The notes under the pieces: model-generated
The model's input: the letters and a program-made list of their open reading frames with translations, nothing else
Told to the model about the DNA's origin: nothing
Databases searched by the model: none
Origin: an uncultured Acidobacteriota bacterium
Lineage (GTDB): Bacteria; Acidobacteriota; Thermoanaerobaculia; Multivoradales; SZUA-115
DNA: 64,000 nt
Direction: 5' to 3'
NCBI GenBank assembly: GCA_963805975.1
Contig: CAWDVR010000001.1
Coordinates: forward strand, 480,001 to 544,000
Translations under genes and position numbers: made by a program
Shown: positions 40,952 to 52,712 of the stretch, piece by piece
Layout: every line of letters starts with the position of its first letter
How positions within the stretch are numbered: position 1 is the first letter of the stretch

Positions 40952-42883
40952 CTACGGGCAGATCCTCCAACTTCCGCTGAAGGTACCGAGCACCGGGAAG
41001 GCGGGGTCGTCGCGGAAGTTGCCGGAGGCCTTGCCCACCGGGGCGGCGGCGAAGGGCGAGGTGTAGATGTAGGCGCCCCAGGCGCCGTGGGTGGGCGAGA
41101 GCGTGTAGCTCCAGGAGCCGCGGAGGATGTAGTCCGGGTCCGGAGCGAGGCCGTCGGAGAGGCTGCCGGACATCCGGCCGCTCACCGAGTTGCTGCCGTG
41201 GAACTTGTAGATGCCGACTCCCAGCGGATCGAAGAACGTGCCGCTGATCGTGCCGTTGATGGTCGAGGTCCCCTGGTTCCACTGGCCGCTGGTGGTGCCG
41301 GTGCGGCAGAAGTAGCAGCCGCCGGTGTCGAAGGCGGAGCAGTCGGCCGCGCAGCCCAGCGTGCCGCCGTCGAAGCCGTGGTCGATGCAGGTCTCGCCGC
41401 CCAGGTCCGGGGCGTCGCAGACCTCGAAGGGATCGATCGTCCCGTTGCCGCACTGCGAGACCATGCCGGTCGAGCAGCCGAAGGAGACCACCTGCAGCGT
41501 GTGCTCGGTGCCGGTGAAGCCTTCGTTGGTGGCGAACTGGTCGTCCCGGAAGTCGACGTCGATGTCGTCCGCCGAGCCGAAGATGCCGTCCGGGCCGACG
41601 CCGATGGTGTTGGTCATGCTGCCGCCCGAGTCCATGATGCAGGGGAAGGCGTTGAGCCGGTTGGTGTGCCAGTTGCCGAGGTAGTGGCCGGCCTCGTGCG
41701 CCGTGATGTTGCCCACGCCGACGCCGATCAGGTCGAGGATCGAGACCCCCGGCGCGCGCGGGATGGTGTTGAGCGAGTTGGGGTTGGGGGCCGCAGCCGA
41801 GAGCAGGTCGAGGAGGATGACCGCGGTCTCACCGGCCTCGTAGTTGCCGGGGTCGATCGACTCGGCGATGCCGATCGTCGAGATGCCGAGCTGGCCGATG
41901 GTGCCGCCGACGATCAGCCGGCTGACGTTCGGCTGGCCGAAGGGGTCGGCGTGGTCGCGGCTGTTCAGGATCTCGACGTCGAACTGGCCGTGGATGCCGG
42001 TGGCCTCGAAGTCGCCGTTGTTGCCCAGCGCCTTGACGTCGGCGTCCACGTTCTCTGCCACCACGGCGAGGATCTCGTCGATCACCGCGTTCTCGTCGGA
42101 CGGCGTCAGGCCCCAGCCGGCGAGGAAGGCGGAGAGCGGGGAGAGGTTGGCGTTGGTGCTGCCCTGGCCGAAGATCGCCGCGGCGTTGATGGTGGCGCCG
42201 TCGAAGTCCACGAACAGGGTCTGGTGGGTGCCCAGGACCTCGTCCTCGAGGCCGGTACGGAAGAGGCGGAGCTCGGCGGTGTAGGCGCCGGTGCCGCCGG
42301 AGACGCGGAAGGCGTAGGTGCCCGCCGTGTCCACTACCCAGGCGAACGCGCGGCCGCCGCCGCCCGGCAGCGGCGAGGCCACGGGGTAGATGAAAGTGTT
42401 GTCCGCGGCAGTGCCGATCTGCAGCACGCCCGCGGGGTTCAGGAGCTGGAGCAGGGTGCCGGCGCCGATCCGGTTGGCGCCCAGCACGTCGCCGGGCAGC
42501 AGGTCGACGGTGAAGAAGTCGATGTCGCCGGCGGTCAGCGAGCCGGAGATGTCGAAGGCGCTGTCCTCACCGGGATCGAACCCCAGGCCCATGAAGTTGG
42601 CGGTGGCCTGCGTGTTGTTGGGCTCGGTCTCGCTGAACGGCGTCAGGAGGGTGATCGGCAGTTGCGCAGGCACCGGGCGCTGGCGGGTGGGGAGAACGCA
42701 GAAGCTCTCCAGCCGGCCCGAGGGGGGGCCTCCCAGACCGGGCGGTTGGGCAGGGTTGGGCTTGCCTCCCTGCGGGAAGGCGGGGGTGGCCCACCCCCAG
42801 GTGAGGACCACGGCCGAGGCGAGCAGGCGAGCGGCCCGCGAGCGGCGCAGGAAATGGGTGAGGCTGCCAGAGCGGTGGAGCAT
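40952..42883 (-). CDS. secreted metzincin-type metalloprotease with PPC-like domain and Cys-rich repeat
   Basis: Signal peptide; ETEPNNTQATA...GDIDFF; HEAGHYLGNWH with Met-turn CIMD; CGNGTIDPFEVCD. Confidence 0.75.
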   Translation of the reverse strand: MLHRSGSLTHFLRRSRAARLLASAVVLTWGWATPAFPQGGKPNPAQPPGLGGPPSGRLESFCVLPTRQRPVPAQLPITLLTPFSETEPNNTQATANFMGLGFDPGEDSAFDISGSLTAGDIDFFTVDLLPGDVLGANRIGAGTLLQLLNPAGVLQIGTAADNTFIYPVASPLPGGGGRAFAWVVDTAGTYAFRVSGGTGAYTAELRLFRTGLEDEVLGTHQTLFVDFDGATINAAAIFGQGSTNANLSPLSAFLAGWGLTPSDENAVIDEILAVVAENVDADVKALGNNGDFEATGIHGQFDVEILNSRDHADPFGQPNVSRLIVGGTIGQLGISTIGIAESIDPGNYEAGETAVILLDLLSAAAPNPNSLNTIPRAPGVSILDLIGVGVGNITAHEAGHYLGNWHTNRLNAFPCIMDSGGSMTNTIGVGPDGIFGSADDIDVDFRDDQFATNEGFTGTEHTLQVVSFGCSTGMVSQCGNGTIDPFEVCDAPDLGGETCIDHGFDGGTLGCAADCSAFDTGGCYFCRTGTTSGQWNQGTSTINGTISGTFFDPLGVGIYKFHGSNSVSGRMSGSLSDGLAPDPDYILRGSWSYTLSPTHGAWGAYIYTSPFAAAPVGKASGNFRDDPAFPVLGTFSGSWRICP

Positions 42884-42974
42884 CGGACCTCCTTTGGATG
42901 GAAGGTTGCAAGTCTGTCTATGGAGGAGTGAGGTCGAGGGCCGATTTCCCCCGCCGCGCGTCTACAATCCGCCG

Positions 42975-44840
42975 ATGGCTTCCATCCGCCTCCTGCCCGA
43001 TTCCCTGGTCAGCCAGATCGCGGCCGGCGAAGTCGTGGAGCGCCCGGCCTCGGTGGTCAAGGAGCTGGTGGAGAACGCCCTCGACGCGGGCGCCACGAGC
43101 ATCAAGGTGGAGCTCGAGGCCGGGGGCAAGAGCCGCATCGCGGTGGCGGACGACGGCTGCGGCCTGGGCAGCGACGACGCCCTCCTCGCCTTCGACCGCC
43201 ACGCGACGAGCAAGATCACCACCTTCGACGACCTCGAGCGGGTGGCGACCCTGGGCTTCCGCGGTGAGGCCCTGGCGACCATCGCCGCGGTGGCCCGGGT
43301 CGAGATGGTGACCGCGCCGGAGGCTGGCGCCGGCCATCGGGTGCGCATCGAGGGCGGCAAGGTGCGGCTGGCCGAGCCCGCGGCGCGCTCGCGGGGCACG
43401 ACGATCGAGGTGGCGTCGCTCTTCTTCAACGTGCCGGCGCGCCGCAAGTTCCTGAAGGCACCGGCGACCGAGCTGCGGCGCTGCCTCGAGGTGGTGCAGG
43501 GCTATGCGCTGGCGCGGCCGGACGTGTCTTTCACCGTGCTGCACGAGGGCCGGGCCCTGCTCGAGGCGCCGCCGGCGGGAGCCGCCGGGGCCACCGGCAC
43601 CGAGGGCGGCCGCCAGCGCATCGGGCAGATCTTCGGCAATGCCTTTGCCGCCGGGCTGGCGGCGATTCAGAGCGATGGCCGGGCTGCCATGGGGGAGCGG
43701 ATCGCCGGCTTCGTGGGCTCTCCCGAGACGGCGAGGAGCCGCCGCCTCTTCCTCTTCGTCAACCGCCGCATGGTGCGGGACCGCGCCCTCTCGGGCGCCT
43801 TCTACCGCGCTGTGCGCGAGGAGTGGAGGAGCGACGAGATCCCGGCCCTGTTCCTCTTCCTGGACCTGCCGCCGGAGGAGGTGGACGTCAACGTCCATCC
43901 GCAGAAGACCGAGGTGCGCTACCGCGACCCGGCCTTGCCGGAGCGCGTCCTGATGGCGTTGCGGCAGGCGCTCTCGACGGCCCTGGGCGACAGCCCGGCC
44001 CCGCTCAAGTCTGCGTCCGGCCCCATCTCGCATCCCCTCGGCTGGCAGGGCCTGGGTGCGCGGCGGCCGGAGTCTTACCCCACGGGCTCGGCAGAGCCTG
44101 CCTGGGAGGTCCGGGAGCCGCCGGCACCGGCCTACGACACCGGAGCGCCCGCGGGCTCGTACCCGCCCCCGCGCCTCGCTACGGCTTCGATCGCTCCCCT
44201 CGACCGTCCCGCGCTGCCGATCCTGGTTACTCCGCTCGGCGGCCGCTCGGGCGAGGCGCGGCCGTTCCGCCTCCTCGGCCAGTACAAGGGCACGCTGATC
44301 CTGCTCGAAGGGCCGGACGGGCTCTATCTCATCGATCAGCACGTGGCCCACGAGCGCATCCTCTACGAGCGCCTCAAGCGGGTGATGGAGCGCGAGCGGC
44401 CGGCCAGCCAGGGCCTGCTCCACCCCATCCTGCTCGAGCTGGCCGCCGCCGAGCGGCTGCGCCTCGCCGAGCTGGCGCCGCAGCTCGAGCCGCTGGGTTT
44501 CGGCCTGGCCGAGCTTTCCGGCGACACCCTGGCCTTGACCGCGGTGCCGGCCGTGCTCTCGGCCGAGGAGGGCGAGAAGCTGGTGGCGGCGCTCGCCGCC
44601 GGCGGCCTCGAGGAGCGCGAGAGCCCGGCCGCGGTGCGGCGCGGCATCCTCGACGCCCTGGCCGCGAGCCTCGCCTGCAAGGCCGCGGTCAAGATGCACC
44701 ATCCGCTGCGCCCGCAAGAGATGGAGGCGCTGGTGGGGGAGCTGTTCGCCGCCGAGCAGCCCTACGCCTGCCCGCACGGCCGGCCGATCGTGCTCAAGCT
44801 CGGGGACGGCGATCTCGAGCGGCGGTTTGGGCGGCGATAG
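42975..44840 (+). CDS. mutL: DNA mismatch repair endonuclease MutL
   Basis: IAAGEVVERPASVVKELVENALDAG, GFRGEAL, VDVNVHPQK, DQHVAHER, ACK, CPHGRP. Confidence 0.97.
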   Translation: MASIRLLPDSLVSQIAAGEVVERPASVVKELVENALDAGATSIKVELEAGGKSRIAVADDGCGLGSDDALLAFDRHATSKITTFDDLERVATLGFRGEALATIAAVARVEMVTAPEAGAGHRVRIEGGKVRLAEPAARSRGTTIEVASLFFNVPARRKFLKAPATELRRCLEVVQGYALARPDVSFTVLHEGRALLEAPPAGAAGATGTEGGRQRIGQIFGNAFAAGLAAIQSDGRAAMGERIAGFVGSPETARSRRLFLFVNRRMVRDRALSGAFYRAVREEWRSDEIPALFLFLDLPPEEVDVNVHPQKTEVRYRDPALPERVLMALRQALSTALGDSPAPLKSASGPISHPLGWQGLGARRPESYPTGSAEPAWEVREPPAPAYDTGAPAGSYPPPRLATASIAPLDRPALPILVTPLGGRSGEARPFRLLGQYKGTLILLEGPDGLYLIDQHVAHERILYERLKRVMERERPASQGLLHPILLELAAAERLRLAELAPQLEPLGFGLAELSGDTLALTAVPAVLSAEEGEKLVAALAAGGLEERESPAAVRRGILDALAASLACKAAVKMHHPLRPQEMEALVGELFAAEQPYACPHGRPIVLKLGDGDLERRFGRR

Positions 44841-44855
44841 GAGAAAATCAGCGCC

Positions 44856-45560
44856 GTGTTGAGCTTCTTTCGCTCCGCGACCCCGCTCGAAGAGCGCCTC
44901 GGGCACCGCTTCCGGCGCCCGGAGCTGTTGACGCTGGCGCTCACCCACCGTTCGTACGCCAACGAGCAGGATCTGCCGGGCAACTCGGAGCGGCTCGAGT
45001 TCCTGGGGGATGCCGTGCTCGGAGCGATGACCGCCGAGTGGTTGTTCGAGCGCCACCCCGAGCTGCCGGAGGGCGAGCTCTCGAAGGCGAAGAGCGTGCT
45101 GGTGTCCGAACGTTCGCTCGCCGGCCACGCGGTGGCGCTCGAGCTGGGCCGGGAGCTGCGCCTGGGGGTGGGGGAGGAGCGCTCCGGAGGCCGCGAGAAG
45201 CCGTCGCTCCTGGCGGACGCGCTGGAGGCGGTGTTCGGCGCCCTGTGGCTCGACGGCGGCCTCGATGCCGCGCGGCTGGCGGTGCGCCGGTTCCTCGACG
45301 GCACCGTGGCGGCCCGCGGAGATGCCGAGGAGGGCGACGCCAAGACTCGCCTGCAGGAGGTCTTGCAGAGCCGCGGCCTGGAGCGGCCTTCCTACCAGGT
45401 GGTGGCGGAGGAAGGGCCCGACCACCAGAAGAGCTTCGAGGTCGAGTGCCTGGTGGAGGGCGAGGTCGCCGGCCGCGGCAGCGGCCGGAGCAAGAAGGCC
45501 GCGGAACAAAAAGCCGCCGCCGCCGCGTTGAGGGAGCTGGGGAGAAGCCCCTCACCCTAA
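44856..45560 (+). CDS. rnc: ribonuclease III
   Basis: ALTHRS, ERLEFLGDAVL, ADALEA, dsRBD DAKTRLQE...SKKAAEQ. Confidence 0.97.
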   Translation: MLSFFRSATPLEERLGHRFRRPELLTLALTHRSYANEQDLPGNSERLEFLGDAVLGAMTAEWLFERHPELPEGELSKAKSVLVSERSLAGHAVALELGRELRLGVGEERSGGREKPSLLADALEAVFGALWLDGGLDAARLAVRRFLDGTVAARGDAEEGDAKTRLQEVLQSRGLERPSYQVVAEEGPDHQKSFEVECLVEGEVAGRGSGRSKKAAEQKAAAAALRELGRSPSP

Positions 45561-45601
45561 CCCTCTCCCCGCAAGCGGGGAGAGGGGCTGGGGTGAGGGG
45601 C
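45547..45601. repeat. CCCCTCACCC palindromic element supplying the rnc stop codon
   Basis: GCCCCTCACCC-TAA-CCCTCTCCCCGCAAGCGGGGAGAGGGGCTGGGGTGAGGGGC, a long hairpin. Confidence 0.85.
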
Positions 45602-45657
45602 GTTACTACGCGGGTTTGACCTCCTGCGGAGCGGCCACTAAGATCTGCGACTTCATC

Positions 45658-46962
<1,305 letters not shown>

Positions 46963-46971
46963 GCAGTCTCG

Positions 46972-47877
46972 ATGGAGCCCCGGAACCACCTGGGGATCCT
47001 CGCCCTCCTGACCCTCATTTGGGGCACCACCTGGGCCGCGATCCGCGTCGGTCTCGAAGGGGTGCCCCCGATGACCGGGGCCGCGCTGCGCTTCGCGCTG
47101 GCCGCCCTGGTGCTGCTCGTCGTGGCCCGGGCGCGCAAGGTGCGGCTCGGCGCCACGGCCGTCGAGCGGCGGCTGTGGATCGCGAGCGGCGTGCTCAACT
47201 TCGCGGTCTCCTACGGCCTGGTCTACTGGGCCGAGCAGTACCTCCCCTCCGGCCTCGCGGCGGTGATCTTCGCTTCCTTCCCGCTGTTCGTGGCCGTGCT
47301 GGCGCACTTCTTCCTGCCCGGCGAGCGGCTGTCTCCGGCCGGCACGGCGGGCGTGGTGCTGGGCTTCGTCGGCATCGTCATCCTGTTCTCCGAGGACTTC
47401 GCGGCCTTCGGGGGCCCCAACGCCGCGCTCGCCGCCGTGGTTCTGCCGCTGGCCCCCTTTGCCGCCTCGATCGGGCAGGTGGCGGTGAAGCGCTGGGGGG
47501 AAGGGATCCACCCGCTGTCGCTCGCCTCGGTGCCCATGGGCTACTGCGCACTGATTCTGGGGGCCCTCGCCCTGCTCCTCGAACGGGGCAAGCCCGTGGT
47601 GCTCGACGCCACCTCGGTGGGCAGCATCCTCTACCTCTCGCTGGTCGGCTCGGCGCTCGCCTTCTCGCTCTACTTCTTCCTCTTGACCCGGCGGCCCGCG
47701 ACCTGGGTGGCGTTGGTGGCCTACACCTCGCCGGCGGTGGCGGTGATGGTCGGGGTGCTGGTTTTCGACGAGCCCTTCACCCCACGCCTGGTGGTGGGCA
47801 CCGCGGCGGTGTTGAGCGGGGTCCTGATGTCGGTCTGGGCCCACGGCCGGGCCAATGCCAAGCCCGCCCGCGAGTGA
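46972..47877 (+). CDS. EamA/DMT family transporter
   Basis: IWGTTW, about 10 TM segments, duplicated EamA pattern. Confidence 0.9.
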   Translation: MEPRNHLGILALLTLIWGTTWAAIRVGLEGVPPMTGAALRFALAALVLLVVARARKVRLGATAVERRLWIASGVLNFAVSYGLVYWAEQYLPSGLAAVIFASFPLFVAVLAHFFLPGERLSPAGTAGVVLGFVGIVILFSEDFAAFGGPNAALAAVVLPLAPFAASIGQVAVKRWGEGIHPLSLASVPMGYCALILGALALLLERGKPVVLDATSVGSILYLSLVGSALAFSLYFFLLTRRPATWVALVAYTSPAVAVMVGVLVFDEPFTPRLVVGTAAVLSGVLMSVWAHGRANAKPARE

Positions 47878-47975
47878 TCTTGCCGCAAAGCGGCAGAGAT
47901 CTATGCCGCGCCGCGTTGTGGTAATATGCCGCAGTCAGTCAAGACGAGAGCACAGCCCATCCCCCGGAGGACCGC

Positions 47976-49899
47976 ATGAGCCGCCACGAGGCCGGAAACG
48001 TCACCGAGATGGAGTCCCGGAAGGTCGCGGAGGCGTCGCGCGAGACCGCCTGGGAGAAGCCGAGCTTCATGCGCGAGCTGTTCCTGGGCAACTTCCGGCT
48101 CGATCTCCTCTACCCGTACCCCACCCCGCAGCCCGACCGGCCCGAGTTCGCCGCCTTCTACCAGGCGTTCAAGACCTTCCTCCGCGACGAGGTCGACTCG
48201 ATCGCCATCGACACCACGGGCGAGTACCCGCCGCACGTGGTCCAGGGCCTCACCAAGCTCGGCGCCTTCGGCATGAAGATCCCCAAGGACTACGGTGGCC
48301 TGGGCTTCACCAACCTCGAGTACCAGCGCGTGATGGAGCTGGTGGGCTCGGTGGACGGCAACCTCTCGGCCCTGCTCTCCGCGCACCAGTCGATCGGCGT
48401 GCCGCAGCCGCTCAAGCTCTTCGGCAGCGACACGCTGCGCAAGAAGTACCTGCCGCGCTGCGCCGCCGGCGAGATCTCCGCCTTCGCACTGACCGAGGCC
48501 AACGTCGGCTCCGACCCGGCGCGGCTCACCACCCGCTACGAGCGGACGCCCGAGGGCGACTACCTGCTCAACGGCGAGAAGCTCTGGTGCACCAACGGCA
48601 CGCTCGCCAAGCTGCTGGTGGTGATGGCGGCCGACCCGGTGAGCGCGCAAGATCAGCGCCTTCGTGGTCGAGACCGCCTGGGCCGGCGTGAAGATCGAGC
48701 ACCGCTGCCACTTCATGGGCCTCCGGGCGCTGGCCAACGCGGTGATCAGCTTCAAGGACGTGCGCATCCCGGCCGAGAATCTGATCGGCCAGGAGGGCCG
48801 CGGGCTGAAGATCGCCCTCACCACGCTCAACGACGGCCGCCTGTCCATCCCCAACGGCTCGGTGGGCACCTCCAAGCAGTGCCTGGCGATCGTGCGCAAG
48901 TGGGCCAACGAGCGCGTGCAGTGGGGCAAGCCCGTGGGCAAGCACGAGGCGATCGCCCACAAGGTGGCGGACATGGCGGCCACCACCTTCGCCATGGAGG
49001 CGATCGTCAAGCTGGCGACGACGATGGCCGACCGCGGCGACTCGGACCTGCGGCTCGAGGCCGCGGCCTGCAAGGAATGGATCTCCTGCCGCACCTGGGA
49101 GATCGTCGACGACACCATGCAGATCCGCGGCGGCCGTGGCTACGAGACCGAGTCCTCGCTCGCCGCCCGCGGCGAGGAGCCGATCGGCGTCGAGCGCATG
49201 ATGCGCGACTACCGCATCAACCGCATCTTCGAGGGCTCGAGCGAGATCATGCATCTGCTGATGGCGCGCGAGGCGGTGGACAAGCACCTCGAGGTCGCCG
49301 GCGCGCTGATCGATCCCGAGAAACCCCTGGGCGCCAAGCTCGGAGCGCTGCCCCGGATGACGGCTTTCTACGGTGCCTGGTACCCCACGCGGTGGCTGGG
49401 CTGGGGCCACTGGCCGCGCTACGCCGGCTTCGGCCCGCTCGCCACGCACCTGCGCTTCGTGGAGCGGAGCTGCCGCAAGCTCTCGCGGCAGGTCTTCCAC
49501 GGCATGATGGTCCACCAGGCCAAGCTCCAGCACAAGCAGGGCTTCCTCTTCCGCCTGGTGGACATCGGCAACGAGCTCTTCGCCATGGCCTCGTCCGCGG
49601 CTCGTGCCCGCACCATGGCCACGGAGCGGCACCCGGAAGCGGCGAGCGCCATGGAGCTGGCGGACCTCTTCTGCCGGAACTCCCGGCGCCGCGTGCGCCA
49701 GCTCTTCCGCGAGCTGTGGTCGAACGACGACGCCTACAAGTACCGGCAGGCGCTCGCGGTGCTCGACGGCCGCCACGCCTGGCAGGAGGATCTGCTGCTC
49801 GAGCGCTCCGGCGCACGGGCCCCGGAGCGCCGGCCGGCGCGCGAGCCGGAGAACGTCCCCGCCGTGGCCGCCACCAGCCGCCCTGCGGAAGCCGTGTAG
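47976..49899 (+). pseudogene. acyl-CoA dehydrogenase split by a 1-nt frameshift near 48641-48650
   Basis: N-half SAHQSIG, FALTEANVGSD, LNGEKLWCTNG; continues in the next frame as KISAFVVET...TLNDGR...QIRGGRGYE...RIFEGSSEI. Confidence 0.85.
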
Positions 49900-49901
49900 G
49901 A

Positions 49902-49941
49902 GCACCCCGGCTTCCAGCCGGGGAGGCTTCCGGTGGAAGTC
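49902..49941. terminator. twin hairpins between convergent genes
   Basis: CCCCGGCT-TCC-AGCCGGGG followed by CTTCC-GGT-GGAAG. Confidence 0.4.
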
Positions 49942-49949
49942 GAAGTGCG

Positions 49950-50426
49950 CTACTCGGGCACGTCGTAGCCCTTTTCCTTGAGCTTCGCCATCGCCTTCTG
50001 CGCGAGCTCCATGCCCCACTGCTGCCCGGCCTGCATGCTCTCCTGGAAGATCTGGGGTTGCTTCGCGGCGAAGCGCCGGCCGAGCGGAGAAGACCAGAAC
50101 GTCACCAGCGCTTCCGCGTCAGCCTGCGTCAGGTGCTTGCTGTAGATCGGAACGACGAGAGCCAGCAGCTCGTCCGCCGAGACCTGGGCGCGAAACTCTT
50201 CCCAGAACACCGCCGGCACCTGGGGCAGCGCGGCCCTCATCTGCGAGAGGATGCCATCCAGGGCCTGAACGCCGAGCTCGCCGCCGCCGGTCAGGTCGAG
50301 GAGCTGCCGGACGGTCGCGGAGGTGGCCGGACCCTCGGGTGGTGGCGGAGCCGAAGCCTCGGCCGTGGCGACGGCCGCTTGCAGCATGAAGCACGTCAGG
50401 AGCGCTGCGCGGGTCGGGCGGAGCAT
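49950..50426 (-). CDS. DUF2059 domain secreted protein
   Basis: Signal peptide; IYSKHLTQADAEALVTFWSSPLGRRF. Confidence 0.85.
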   Translation of the reverse strand: MLRPTRAALLTCFMLQAAVATAEASAPPPPEGPATSATVRQLLDLTGGGELGVQALDGILSQMRAALPQVPAVFWEEFRAQVSADELLALVVPIYSKHLTQADAEALVTFWSSPLGRRFAAKQPQIFQESMQAGQQWGMELAQKAMAKLKEKGYDVPE

Positions 50427-50450
50427 CGTGACCTCCTTGGATTGTGTTGC

Positions 50451-51425
50451 CTACAGCCAGCGCAGGATGCGCGAGTGGATGAAGCCCCAGATCACCATGC
50501 AGACCAGGAGGCCGACGACCACCAGGAAGCCGAACTTCCACTCGCTGGCCGGGAAGAGGTGGGCGAAGTTCATGCCGTAGATGCTGGCCACGAAGTTCGG
50601 CACCATGATGATGACGGTGATCGCGGTCAGCCGCTGCATGATGAGCCCCAGGCGGTTGAAGGCATAGAAGACGTGCGTGTCGAGCGCGGCGCTCAGCAGG
50701 TCCCGGTAGGTGTCCATCTCGGCCAGCACGTGCGAGGCGTGGTCCTGCACGTCGCCGAAGTAGGGCCGTAGCCCCTCGGGGATCGCCCCGTTCCGGCGCT
50801 GCACCTCGGCCAGCACGTGGCTGGTCGGCGCCAGCAGGCGGGGCACCTGGAGCAGCTCCTTGCGCAGCCGGAAGAGGTCGGCCGCCGCGCCTTCCACTCC
50901 GCCGAAGATCGCCTCCTCCACGCGGTCGATCCGTTCCCGCACCCGGTCCTGCACCGTGAAGTAGCCGTCGACCAGGCTTTCGAAGAGTGTGTAGGCGAGG
51001 CAGGCCACGCCGTAGGCCTGGCGCCCTTCGTGCTGCTCCCAGCGGCTGCGCGCTGCCGCGAGCACCGCCATCTCGGCGGCGCTCCGGCGATGGATGGTCA
51101 CCAGGTAGTTCTCGCCCCAGAAGAGGTTCATCTCGCGGGGCAGGAACTCCGTGCCCGTGTGCTCGGCGGCATAGACGACGATGAAGTAGTAGCCGCCGTA
51201 GGAAGTACAGCGCGGGCGCTCGTGCGGGCGGGTCACGTCCTCGAGCGCCAGCTCGTGGAAGCCGAACTCCCGCCGCAGGAGGTCCACCTCGTCCGGGCCG
51301 GGGTCGATGATGTCGAGCCACAGGCGGTTCTGAGGATTCGATCGCAGCTCGGCGAGCCGCTCGATGCCGACCTCTTCCGGCAGGCCGGCCTCCCCTCGGT
51401 CCACTATCAGCCGCATCGTTCCCAT
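50451..51425 (-). CDS. corA: CorA family Mg/Co transporter
   Basis: WLDI, FHELALED, YGMNF signature between two C-terminal TMs. Confidence 0.92.
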   Translation of the reverse strand: MGTMRLIVDRGEAGLPEEVGIERLAELRSNPQNRLWLDIIDPGPDEVDLLRREFGFHELALEDVTRPHERPRCTSYGGYYFIVVYAAEHTGTEFLPREMNLFWGENYLVTIHRRSAAEMAVLAAARSRWEQHEGRQAYGVACLAYTLFESLVDGYFTVQDRVRERIDRVEEAIFGGVEGAAADLFRLRKELLQVPRLLAPTSHVLAEVQRRNGAIPEGLRPYFGDVQDHASHVLAEMDTYRDLLSAALDTHVFYAFNRLGLIMQRLTAITVIIMVPNFVASIYGMNFAHLFPASEWKFGFLVVVGLLVCMVIWGFIHSRILRWL

Positions 51426-51498
51426 GGCTCTCCCTCTCGTGACCGTCGGTGACCTCGGGTGCAGCGCGTCGGAATGGCGAGAATCTATACTGGCTCGC

Positions 51499-52486
51499 AT
51501 GCGGGCTGTCGCTCCCTATTCTCCGAAGTCCCGTCCCACTCCTCTCCTCGCCGACTCTCCCGATCCGGCTCCCGGCCCCGGCGAGGTGCTGGTGCGCGTG
51601 GCCGCCGCGGGGCTCAACCGGGCCGACCTCCTGCAGATGCGCGGCCTCTATCCGCCGCCCGCGGGGGAGAGCCCGGTGCCGGGCCTCGAGTGCTCGGGCG
51701 TGATCGAGGCGCTGGGCGCGGGAGCCTACGGCTGGGCGCCGGGCCAACGGGTGATGGCGCTGCTGGCTGGCGGGGGGCAGGCGGAAAAAGCGTCGGTGCC
51801 GGTGGGGCAGTTGCTTGCCTTGCCCGCGAACCTGAGCTTCGCCGAGGGCGGCGGCATCCCGGAGGTGGGGCTGACCGCCTGGACCAACCTGGTGGCGGAG
51901 GGGGAGCTCGCGGCGGGTGAGACGGTGCTCATCACCGGCGCGGCCTCCGGGGTCGGTACATTCGCCGTGCAGCTCGCCCGCGAGCTGGGCGCGCGGGTGC
52001 TCGTGGCCGGCCGTTCGCTCGCGCGGCTCGAGGCCCTGCGCGAGCTGGGTGCCCACGCCTGCCTGGAGCTCGGAGAGGACCTGCCCTCCCGGCTGCGCGC
52101 GGCCAACCCACGGCCGGGGTGCGGACCTGGTGCTGGATCTGGTGGGCGGCCAGTGGCTGGCGAGCCACTTGGCCGCGCTCGAGAACCGGGGCCGGCTGGT
52201 GCTGGTGGGCTTGATGGCGGGCGCCAGGGCCGAGCTGGACCTCGGCGCCGTGCTCTCCCGCCGCCTCCGGATCGCGGGCTCGGTGCTCCGGCCGAGAAGC
52301 CGTGCCGAGAAATCAGCGCTGGTCCGAGCCTTTGGCGAGTTCGCCCTGCCGCGGCTGGCGGACGGACGCTTGCGGCCGGTGCTCGATCGGGTGTTCCCGT
52401 TCGAGCAGGTGGCGGAGGCCTACGCGGCGCTCGAGATCGGGGGCGCGCTGGGCAAGGTGGTGCTGGAGATGGATCGCTCACGGTAG
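51499..52486 (+). pseudogene. NAD(P)H-quinone oxidoreductase (zeta-crystallin/PIG3 type) with a 1-nt frameshift near 52103-52110
   Basis: NRADLLQMRGLYPPP, PGLECSG, GAASGVG; continues in another frame as THGRGADLVLDLVGG...GSVLRPRS...GKVVL. Confidence 0.85.
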
Positions 52487-52691
52487 TTCGTTCGCTCGGT
52501 CCGCATTCCGCGGCCTCTCGGCGGTCGAGCGTTTCGCCGCCGCAGGTGCCGGAGACGTCGTCCGGCTCGTGGACATCGATCCGCCCGAGTGGCGCTTGCG
52601 GGTCGGCGACTGGCGGGTCCGGTTCCGTCTGAAAGCCTCGCCGGCACGGATGGTGGTGCTTCGAGTTTTGCCCCGCGACAAGGCGTACTGA
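52487..52691 (+). pseudogene. RelE/ParE-like toxin remnant
   Basis: AVERFAAAGAGDVVRL...EWRLRVGDWRVRF...VLRVLPRDKAY; no nearby start codon and no antitoxin. Confidence 0.6.
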
Positions 52692-52712
52692 ACTGCCGTC
52701 ACCGGCCGGCTG

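Noticed and set aside
48635-48660. Programmed ribosomal frameshifting in the split genes
   Set aside because: No slippery sequence or stimulator is evident and I know of no precedent in these families; an indel is simpler.
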